From the NCBI GenBank assembly GCA_964270895.1, contig OZ185435.1: a stretch of DNA of 64,000 nt. The stretch is one strand, 5' to 3'. The position numbers and the translations under genes are program-made. Every line of letters begins with the position of its first letter. Position 1 is the first letter of the stretch. The stretch comes from Podarcis filfolensis. Taxonomy: Eukaryota. The notes under the pieces were generated by a model. The model had not been told where the DNA came from. It searched no databases and was given only the letters and a program-made list of their open reading frames with translations. This document shows positions 49,001 through 61,000 of the stretch, in pieces.

Positions 49001-52000
49001 CAATCCACCTCCTGAAATAAAGGGCTCAGCGTGGCTAATAGGTGGGCTGCCTTAGAAGTCACGAACAAATTATAACAAAACAGTGATTGTTTCTGCAGAA
49101 TACTGAGGCCCTGCCCAATACATTTTGCTACCTGAGGCAGAGCAGTAAATGGTGCCTCTGCCACATTCAGGGTGCTCTCACACACCTCTCATTCATAAAC
49201 AGAGAGAGATTAGCCATCACTCCTACACACTGCTTAATTTCCAACATAATCTATTGTCCTGCCCCCATATTCTCTCACAAACACTAGAAGGTTAACAAAA
49301 AAAGATAAAAGGACCCCTGGACGGTTAAGTCCAGTCAAAGGCAACTATGGGGTTGCGGCGCTCATCTCGCTTTCAAGTCGAGGGAGCTGGCATTTGTCCA
49401 CAGACAGCTTTCCAGGTCATGTGGCCAGCATGACTAAACTGCTTCTGGCGCAATGGAACATCATGATGGAAACCAGAGTGCACGGAAACATCGTTTTCCT
49501 TTCTGCCACAGCGGTACTTATTTATCTACTTGCACTGGCATGCTTTCAAACTGCTAGGTTGGCAGGAGCTGGAACTGAGCAACAGGAGCTCACCCTGTGA
49601 TGAGAATTCAAACAGCTGACCTCCTAATCAGCAAGCCCAAGAGGCTCAGTGGTACCCCTCTACAGCTGGGTTATGCATGCCCCATTGTTGACAGATACAA
49701 TGTGAAAGACATAGAGCATGGCATATTCATTGTCATACCCACACTCACTGACTTATGTTTATCACTGCCAAAGTTCTTCATGGTATTGTTTGACAACAGC
49801 AGCTCTCTCACTCTTGCTCTCTATTATTCCTCATACACTAAATTTTCCAGAGGGGGAGTCTTGTGGCACCTTCAAGACTGCATCTGATGAAGCTGACTAT
49901 GATCTATGAAAGCTCTACTCTGGTGCACAACAAGATTGAAGCTGGTCTGTAGGAACTGGCTGAGTGTGTGATTATATATAGTCTGCTATTGGGATAGCAC
50001 AGCTATGAAACATCATTGTCTGGATTCTGGCACACACTCGTCCTCTCTCTTTCCCTTCTTCCCTTTCACGTCAGAAGTTTTCTTATTTGGACAATGTTGC
50101 AAGGTCAATGGCTTCAAGAAGGAGTACAGGTAGGAAAGAAGAAGAGGTGTAAGGAATAAGAAAGAAGCGTTCTCTCTCAGTCTCCTTCTGCCACTAGGTC
50201 AGACTGGAGTAGGTAGGTGTATAGGCATGGGAACACACACTTCCCTCCACTGCTGCTATGGACTTGCACAAAACACAGCAATAAACCTGCTCATTCACTC
50301 TCCCTTCTGCTGCTCAGTTGAACTAGCACGCTCTACCTGGAGGAGTGAATTGCAGGAAAACCAAAGGCACAGAAAGAGGCAGGATGCTGCCAGCACCTCC
50401 ACTTTTTTCTCACTGGCACTCACTCCCAGCCAGCAGAAAGTGGGAAAGGAGTGTGGAGACTTAATGTTCAAAGCAGGAAGCAAGCTGGCTGTAGAGCCAA
50501 AAAGTGACAGAGTGAGGTAGCTGGCTGAACAGCCAGATTTGGGGGCATGTAGGACCTCAAAAATCTTCCACTCTAAAAAGTGCACCTCCCAAACCACTAC
50601 ATGTCTTGCCCAGGCTAGTTAGTGCAGTCATGTCAATGATGAAGGACTGAGGAAGATGAGAAGCTTCTGCTTGTCTTTCTAACAATGAAGCTCTACTAAG
50701 TTATGTCAGTAGACAGTATCAGACAGCCAACCCAACAAGCACTGGCAACCCCTGTTGCCACCTGGCAGCCCAAGAAAGCCAGACCTTTCCATGAGACAAT
50801 GAGTGACCCACCTAGATTTCTCAACAAATAGCAGCACTGACCAGGCTTGCTGCAGGACAGTAGTGTGGTAAGTGACCAGTCAGTCAGTAGAGGCCTGGCT
50901 ATGGCCAGTAACAGAGGAGTAGGAGGAGTGGCACCAAACTTAAAAGACGTATGGAGGCAGCGCACCATCAATTTACTGTGTAGGACAATAAACAAAAAAT
51001 GAGGATGATGTGAGGTAAGAGTAATCACTTGTGGGGATGGGGTGGGACTGTGAGGGGGGAGAAAAGGGACTGATCTGTCACCCATGGCCTGAGGCTTCAG
51101 GCAAGTGTCTCATTCAGCCCCATAAAAGTGTCAGTCATGAGAATAACCTAGACCACTTCAACAATACAGGAATTAAAAAAAAAGAAAAGCAACACTCACT
51201 AGACAGAAAACTAGTGAAATATCCAAACAGTTGAACTGCATTCCATTGGGAAACATTTCTAGCTGGCTGTCCTCCTCCAGCAAAGGCACTTATCTGGTCT
51301 GTTTTAATTTGCCTCTTACCAGGATATCTTTCTTATGTTTTGGTGTTTGACTCAGAGTAAGTTTCTGATGCAACTCATTCCTTTCCTTCCTTGTTCTGAG
51401 TTGTTTCTTTTTCTTCTTTTTCTTCTTCTCATTAAAATCCTTCAGAGAATAAAAACATAACAACACAATTGTGAAAGTGTTCCCAATTACCGTATTTTTC
51501 GCCCTATAGGACGCACTTTTTCCCCTCCAAAAATGAAGGGGAAATGTGTGTGCGTCCTATGGGGCGAATGCAGGCTTTCGCTGAAGCCTGGAGAGCGAGA
51601 GGGGTCGGTGCGCACCGACCCCTCTCGCTCTCCAGGCTTCGCGGACCTCTCTACAAGCAGCGGGAGCGCTCCCGCTGCTTGCGGAGAGTTGGCTGCATGC
51701 TGAAGCCTGCGCGCGCTGAGCTCAGTGTGTCGAGGCTTCGCGGACCTCTCCGCAAGCAGCGGGAGCGCTCCCGCTGCTTGCGGAGAGTTGTCTGCATGCC
51801 GAAGCCTGCGCGCGCTGAGATCAGCGCGTCCAGGCTTCGCGGACCTCTCCGCAAGCAGCGGGAGCCAGCACTGGGCTCCCACGGCTTGCAGAGAGCTGCC
51901 TGTTTGGGGGCTGGGGTCGGGGGAAGCTCGGGCCTCCCCCGCCCCAGCCCCGCGCCTGGGGGGGAAATAATTTTCCCCCCTTTATTTCCCCCCAAAAAAA

Positions 52001-55000
52001 CTAGGTGCGCCTTATGGGACGGTGCATCCTATAGGGCGAAAAATACGGTACCACCTAAATGCAGTCAAAGAATGGTTTTGTTTGTATGCTAAACTAAACT
52101 AAACAAGCATAAAGATTCCGAGAGGAGATTTCAGCAACTTTGCTTCTCCCTAGTCATTCTGCTGATCTGCAATCCTGAGCTAAGCCATGGCTTGGCATAA
52201 CATTTTGCCAAATCCAGGCTTGTGGTTTAGTTCTCCTCCAGTGAAAATAAGGGCATCCCATTCCATAATGATAATTTTACTATTTATACCTCACACATCT
52301 TACTGGGTTGCCCCAGCCTTTCTGGGCTGCTTCCAACATATATAAAAACATAGTAAACATTAAACATTAAACAACCTTCCCTATACAGGATTGCCTTCAG
52401 ACGGCTGGGGGATCAGATAACTCCATACCCTCCAACATTTCTCCACGGAAAATAGGGACATCCTAAGGAAAAGTGGGACATTCTGGGATCAAATCAGAAC
52501 CCAGGATGGTTTCTCTAAATCAGGGACGTCCCTGGAAAATAGGGACACTTGGCGAGTCTGCTAATCACAAGCTGCAACTGATTGTCTTATGGCTTGTCTG
52601 AGAGAGCTAAGGCATGAGCCTGGGTTCAGACAGCATGCTAAACCAAACCGTAGCTTTGCACAGCAGCAGAATGACCAGGGAGCAGCAAAGTAGCCAGGGT
52701 TTCCCCTCAAACAGCTTGTACACCTGCATGTTCATGCTAAACTATGGTATGGTTTAGTGTGACATGCAAACCAGGCCTTAAAGTCCATATCTATTTCCTT
52801 CAGCGACCAAAGTATTCCTAGATTCCAAATAAATAATAATTTAGAAATTATTGAGATTGCTCTGTGGCATTTAGGCTGTAATCTTGTGCACATTTACATT
52901 TGAGTAAGTTCTGTTGAACACAGTTGTATTTACTTCTGAGTCAACAAGCATAGGAAATACAGCTTATCTCCCAGTGTTTGTTGTATTTTTCTGCTCAGTT
53001 CTTAAGTCCCACCCACAGTATAATTCTTGTTCTTTTTCACAGCATAGTCCTAATAAGTTACCTATCCAGGCTCCAATAGCAACCAGTAGCATAGTTTTCT
53101 TAGGACTTGTACAAATTGTCATCTTCCGAAAGACAGAAGTGCCTGCTTTACTTATTTGTTGCAGGCAGTCCAGTTATCTTCATTCAAAATATAAATTTTG
53201 TGGCTGCATTTTCCCAGCACTAAAACCATACTACATTATTGGCAGGAAAATGCAATTCTCCTTCCAGTTCATGCATGTTTTACTCTAGCAACTGCTATGT
53301 GGAAACAGGTCTCAAAGGCATCTCACAGAAAACAACTGACAAAATCAACTCAACTATGGGGTGTGTGTAGATTTTTAAAATATTTAGAGACTGAGCACTC
53401 CTTGCTATATCACTGAAGAACTAGGATATTAATTGTGTCCTTTAAACAGAAAAAGGCAAATGGAAAGCACCTCCTTCTCTTGCAGAAATGCCTAGCCTTT
53501 TAAGGCATGTTTAAAAGAACTTGCTGAAATGTGTTTTCCAGAAACAGCCAGTGTGACTATACAATGTAGAATTTCAATTGCTAGTATCAAAACAAGCTTA
53601 GTATTGAAAAAAAACATCTTTGCATAGATTACAATACCACTAGCATACTTTTCATTGACAATAAATTAGTACAAAAAGCATGAGGAAAATAAACTATAGA
53701 AAACAGATACAGCAACAAAATAAAAAAGCCTCATCAATCAATTTTTTCCATTTTCCATTAAATCCTTTGAAATATGTGCATTTTTTCTTTCCAGTAACAG
53801 AATGCACATCTCCTGTAATGGTCTCTTTCTGAGCCACTAACATCAATACCAACCCAATCTGTAGTAAGGTTAGTGTCCCCATTCCATTACAAGGGACCAG
53901 GATATTGAAGTTTTTATATTTTTCCAGGTAGATTTGTTCACCAAAAAATGAATAACTCTCACCTTCTCATCCATGTTGAGCAAATGTGCAGGGGGGCCAT
54001 CTGACTGGGAACTGTCTGAGCCACTTGTGCTAATTAAAGGAAAAGGAAACCATTGGTGTGATGCAGGGCAACATAAGAACACAGTAGCGTAGCGTGGGTT
54101 GTCAGCACCCGGGGCAAGGCAAGTAATTTGCGCCCCCTAACCCGTGGATTTGCGCCCCCTAACCCGTAGATTTGCCCTAACCCCAGATGTTGCGCCCGGT
54201 GCGGCCGGCCCCCCCTGCACCCCCCACGCTACGCCACTGTAAGAACATAAGAAGGACCCCCAGGATTAGGCCAATGGCTCATCTAGTCCAATATCTTGTT
54301 TTCACAGTGGCTGAACAGTGGCTGGAAAACATGCAAGCAGGTCTCAAGCACAAGAGCACTTTTTCCTCCTGTGGTTTCCAGCAACTGCTATTCTGCCTCC
54401 TGTGCAATATATGTGAAATAGAGATGATCCAGTTGACATTGTGTACTTAGAATTTGAAAAAGCTTTTCATAAAATCCTAGACCAATGTTTCCTGGGTAAA
54501 CTTAGCAGGCATGGAATAAGAGGAGAGATCCTCTTATGAGTCAGTAATTAGTTAAGAAACAGGAAGCAGAGAGTAGGAATCAATTATCAGTACTGGAACA
54601 GATGGTAAGCTAACTGGCCTGTAATATCCCAAATCATCTCTGATCCTTTAAAAAAAAACTGGTATTACATCTGATCCTTGGGTATGGGGACTGATCTTAG
54701 GGACAAATTACATATTTTTTAAGAAGATTAGCAATTTCACATTTAAGTTCTTTAAGAACTTTTTAGTAGATGCCATTTGGACTGGGTGATATGTCAGGTT
54801 TTAATTTGTCAATAAAGCCTGGAACATCACCTGCTGTCAGCACTATTTCCTTGTCATTTCTCTAAGGTTCGAGTCAGTAAAAGCTTGCAGACTTGAGTTA
54901 CCTGGATTCAACATCTGATAGAGAGATGTCACTCCAAGTACCATCTATGTTTTGTACATGGCCCAGCTCTGAGAGCTTTCTCTGGATTTTTTGCTTCAGT

Positions 55001-58000
55001 AGTTCCTTAAGTTCAGATAGGCATTGCTGAAACTAAGAGAAAGGGTAGAAAGCATGGACGAACTGCCGATTAAAAACTTACATAATGCAGTTTTTTGGTT
55101 AGCAAATATCTCATCTGAGCAGAATTGAAGCACTCAGGGTAGAATAGATTTGCTAACCATTTCAAGGTTTTTTTAAACCACTTTCGGGGGGTTTCTTACA
55201 ATCAAGCAGTATATAAATTTATGAAATAAATAATAACTACTTGAAGATTTTTGCACATCTCAGATATATGAGCAGCCGAGAGGAAACTAGGAGCTTTGCT
55301 AAATGCATGTCTCAGATTTGTATCCGACCATGCTTCCATTACAAATCAAAATATCTCTGGCTTTCGATAGACACCTTTTCAAAATGTGAAAAGTAAAAAA
55401 GGCAGTATCAGAGGCTGGTCTCAGAAAAACAGGAAATAGTTAAAGACACTGGCTGGTCCATCATTGTCCTTTGACCCTGCTTAGCAGTAACAGGAAACTC
55501 TTACCTTAGAACGGTCAGGGTCACAAAAGTCCAATAAGGTGTCACAGACATGGTAGCCCAGAGATTTGAGATCCTCATAGGTAAAATGAGAGTTATTATT
55601 ATTGCCTGAGAAAGACAAACAGACAAGTAGTTCTTCAGTCTTTAGCAAATTACACTCCAGTACACAACATCCAGCATGGAAAAATTATATGCTGAATGTC
55701 TTTTAAAACTATTAAATACATTGATGATTGAAACAGAGGTTATAACTTAACCTCTTTCTTTTCTTTCTTCCTACCTTTCTATCCAGTGTTATGACAAGCC
55801 AGAAATTACAGAGCATGATAATGGAAAAATAGATGTGATGGAGGTGATAATGGATCAGCTGAGGGGAAAGGCTCTGCGTGCCTCTGTGTGTATTCTGCAT
55901 GCATGTGCCTGTATGTGTCCTGTGGTTGCAATAATGTGGGGCAGCTACACTCACAGCTGCTATGTGATCCCTGGAAGGCTGGCCAAAAGTGAATGTCGCC
56001 CCCCCCCCCAAGTCAGTCACTCCTTTGCTACATCCCACTACTGTACTGCGGTATACCACCAGCTTTTCATTGACGGATAATGTCTGCTTTGGTCTTGGAC
56101 AAAAATGTACACTTACCCAGAGTTGTCCCACTGAATGTAGATTCCATAGTATAGCTATTCACTATCCCCATTCGCCACATCACAACCCGTCCTGTTCCTT
56201 CTTTGCACTTTTGGACTTGAAACTTACAGCTGTTGAAAGAAAACTAAACATCCAGATTGGTAAAATTAAATTGTATTTTTAGAACTAATTTCTTATCTCT
56301 CTTTTGAACATAAGACAAGCCCTGGTGGATCAACCAAGGGTCCATCTAACCCGCAGTGGCCAAGCAGACACCTCTCGAAATACTAGAACATCTTCTCTAT
56401 TTACATTACTATATAGGACCGTTCTTGGTATTTTAAAAATTCCTGTATATTCAACATATATTATTTCCCAGTCAATTCCTAAATTATCATCACCCAAGCC
56501 CATTTTATGTATACATTAACTAATCTGGACATCTAATGTTAGTCATTGAACAGACAAACTAACATCAATGGACTTTAGCCCATTGATTTTAGTGACTCTA
56601 TTCCGAGTATGACTTAGCTGGATATCACCCAATGTTTTACTAATCTCATATTGGAACCAAATGAAGAGTTTGTTTGAAATTATATTTTAGCTCAAAGCAG
56701 GAAAAAACAACCTAGATTCAATATGCATCATCTGCTGTCATATCACTTCAAGTGTGGAATGACTGAATCTAAAAAATATAAGCCAGAATGTTTACTTCAG
56801 CTAAGTGATGAAAAATCTGGGCATTATAATGTAAATTGTTAGGAAGATAAAAGTATCTTCCTATCATGATAAGAGTAGTAGGCCAGATATAATAGCCAGC
56901 TTTAAGGTAATTTATAGACACTCTCATTAAAAAACCCAGGAGATAAGGAAATGTGGAGACATGCTTTACTCAGAACTGAGTGAAGAAACTGAAACAGGAA
57001 AACACATTGCAACAAAAGGTAATTTCCAACACATAATTCATAATGAACTAAGATCTTCCTATAAACTATACCCCACCTTGTCAGGAATATTCTTGCTTAA
57101 CATAAGAGGAAAGATTCGTTCATGGAATAATCGCTCTTGTGCATATTTGTTGTTACAGCCATACATGAATATATTATTCTTCCGGCTGTGTCCATGGAAG
57201 TCACAGTACAACAGAACTTCACGATCCTCAAGGACCCTTGCAAAGAAATCAAACCCAATTAAACATATAAACGGCTAGCTGGCTGCACACTAATAACCAT
57301 ACTGTTCTATTTCTTTCCCACCGATGTGGAAGAATTAAGTAGTTGGAACAAGTTCTAGAAGCATTCCTGAATGAATGAAATCCCTTAAGCTAGGCCTCTA
57401 TTCGATGCTTCATTATTTAAGGTAAAAAGGCAACCTGATCCTATGTTCCCAGTTAATGTTGTATTAATGTAGTTGCAATACCATGGAGTTGCAACAACTA
57501 AGCAGAAAGCACAGTAACAGCTGTAGGAACAAAAGAAACCACAGCAACACTGGCAGACATTCCCACAGCTTTCTGGGTAACTCTATCACCATTCATCAGT
57601 CACAATGTTGCCCACCAGTGCCATTCACACATTAGCCATGCATGAAAAGCACCAAACAGCATGTGGTACTGGCACAAATGGCAAAATAACATCATTTCCC
57701 TTCATTTCCCCACCCATCTTTCCATATGTGAATATTATATCCTCTTGTGCAAACTGTATGTGCTATGACATTCTTTCCTCCTCCAACAGCAGAAAGCTGT
57801 GTCCTACACACAGGAGGTACTCAGCCCCATACACAGGTAAACTCTCTTTTGGCAAAGGCCAGGCACTGCACTGCAGCCATTGCCACTGTTGGCCAAACGC
57901 TCATGAGGATCACAGATACACAAGGAAGATCAGCCACTGCATCCACAGAGCTCCCATGGGACCCCCCAAGAGAAAAGGGGTAAATATAATCACAGTTACT

Positions 58001-61000
58001 GCAGTCTCCACCTCTCTCCCATGTTCAGGGAGAAGGGACTGAAGCATGAACACTACTGTGCAGGTTTAGAGACCATGTGCTTCAATCTGATTATTGCTCT
58101 CCTTAGTTATAATGGAAGTATAGGAATGCTCTGTTGCGACTATAGTTGCATACACTACACAAAACTGCCATGGAAATTGTCTATGGACAGATCTCTGTTC
58201 ATGCACAGCATTCCCCCTCATGTTCACAGTAACTATCTTTTTATGTTTCCCAGGAAAGACAAGTATGCAATTTTTAAAGTTGTCTCAAGAACTATTTCTT
58301 TTCCTTCCTGATCTGCATTTGCAAACATTCCCAAATCAAGAGCAACAAACCATGATAAAACAATAAAAACAGATTAAAACACAATTCCAGTGCAGACTCT
58401 TAAACCAATGTACATAATCTTTTCAATTTGAAAAATATATATAGATTACTAAAAATGCACATTTAGTCACAAAGGCTCTATAATGGTTTCCTTTGTGTGG
58501 TTCTGAATTTCACCCACTCTGCTCCCAGGTATTCAGATCCAGTTCATAAAATGGTTTGTCACACACCTTTTGATCATGGCTCGAGTGTGCCAAATGCAAG
58601 GAAAGGATTCCTTCAGTACTGTTCTGTAGTTCCTGTTCAAGTCCCTTCCTGCCAGTGAGCAGCGGTAATTTCCAACAATTACTCCATCTGGGTTTAGCAT
58701 GGGCACAACCTTGAATATGAAGAGATCCCGAAGGAGTCGAGCATCAGGGGAATCACTTAAGATGAAATCAAGGAAGCCTCTCATCACCCACGAACTGTTT
58801 GTTTCCCCAGGATGAACTCTGGCACTTAGTACAATAGCTTTCTTTGCAGCAGCAGCAACGGCACTTTTGGATGGATTGGTAATAGTGAGGAGGTAGACTG
58901 TGTTCCCAGCTAGACTGCGGCATAGAGGGCGAAGTTTGCAATACTGAGAACAGAGTGGATTATTTACTAAAGTCATGAGGTAGTGCTGCAGATCTGTATA
59001 GGTGTAAGGATAGAAGTGAGCAAAATAACATGTATCATGGCTATGTGGAAAACGAAATGTCCAGGTGAGGCAATATAGGGTCTGACCATCTTCTGTGTTA
59101 TATTTATAATATTTAATGTTACTGCCCTCTCTCCTCCAGCCAATACCATGAGACTCGGCATCCTTTTCAGAGTACAGGAGAGGCTTCATCCCTACACTGT
59201 AGAGACTCTTGGCTTTCATCAGATTAACAATAGTGAAGCGATAGGTGACATCCTTTCTAGTGTTTTGTACTCTGAAATAGTACCATTGCGTGTACTTGCT
59301 GGTATAAAGATCTGTCCGCAATGTGAGTTCATATTCATACTTGCCTCTGAAATGCAGTAATCAAGAAAAAATGCATAAGAAGCCATCAGAAACTTTCCAG
59401 TCCATGGAGGGAAATGTTACATATCATCAAAATTCTACAGACTAAGGGTGATTCCAGACTATCACTATTTTCAGGTGGGATTCAATAACATACAAAAAAA
59501 AATTCAGGTTGCACAATTACAATTGATTGGGTGGTCTTGAGCAACAAACCCACTTCCTCATGACTGGACTTTTTGTAATAAGGAAAGTGACAGGAAAATA
59601 CACTGGAAAACATGAGATAACACTTCCTTGATGCAATATTGTATAACCTCAATCAAAAATTGTATAACAATCAAATCAGGATGAATGCTCACTAAATAGC
59701 TAACAGCATCTAGCCTCCCTGCAAACAGATTGGGATAACTGCTCAATAAACAGAGCATCTGAAAGTCCCCTTACTTCACTTAATTGAATTGAATTGAATC
59801 AACTGGGTTGGTGTGGTTATAGCTATTGGCCAACAATTCCTTAGGGAAATGAAGTGATGATTGCTTACTAATAACCCTGAATAGTTGGTTGATAGGAGAT
59901 ACAGAAAGCAAAGAAGCCCTGTTGATCTATGAGAAGAATTCCAAAATGCACATTACCTTCCTTAGAACCAACAAAATAATGAGGAACTTTTGAGTTCTAC
60001 AGAAGCTTCATCAGGCTGAATGGAAGTTAAGCAAAATGGAAGTAGAGAGAGAGAGAGAAGAAAAACACTTGGCTTGATGTTGAAGCCCCAATGTCTGCAT
60101 TCAGATCTAAATTAGACATGAATTTTGGCATATAGTTTTACAAAAAAAATTAAATAGCTACTAGTGTTCAAGGGTCAGGTGGGGACTAAGGCATGGATTT
60201 AAGCCCAAGCCATTGTGTGTACACATATTAATAATTGCCTTAACTTCATGAGCTGATTGCTTTGGCAATGAATTGGGCATTAGCTAATAACCATGAATGG
60301 ACAAGATTGGAACAGAACCCCACACTTTGAGCTTAAATCGGTTTAGAGTTGGTGTGAAAACTGCTGAACTGAAAGCTCAACAGAAAAATTGCATGCAGTT
60401 GGGAAAGTGGCTGCTCTATCAAAACTACAAAGAACTGATAAGCTAAGTGCAGTATATATTTTAAATATTATTTCAATGCACTCACACAAGCTCACTGGTG
60501 AGGAAATGCTTACCTAATAATTTGATGCTGTTTAGCAAATTCTGTTAATATTAAATATCCTCAGAACACAGCATGCGTAATATGTTTCTTATTCAGCTTC
60601 AACATTTATTTTATTGATTATTTGGAACATAAGATGCTGCCTTATACTGAGTCACGCCATTGGTCCATTTTGTTCAGCAATGTCTTTATTTGCTTGAAGT
60701 GGCTCTCTAGGGCAGAGCTTCCCAAGCTTTCCATGTTGGTGCCACACTTTTTAGACAGGCATCAATTCATGACACAGTTTTACTAGCAAACCAGAGGTTA
60801 AACTAACCCCTTCCCAGCCCTGGGAGGAGTGCAACACACCTACACACAGCAGCCGACACACTAATGTGTCAGGACACACAGTTTGAAAATCTCTGTTCTA
60901 GGGTTTCATGTAGACATTTTCATACACACACATTTTCAAAGCACTGGAAACCTCAGCAAACTAGCAGTCATACTTTAGTGATGTTGAGCATAAGATAAAA

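Noticed and set aside
51487-52092. 131-, 182- and 114-aa ORFs
   Set aside because: They arise from the 99-bp palindromic array in the second MITE copy.
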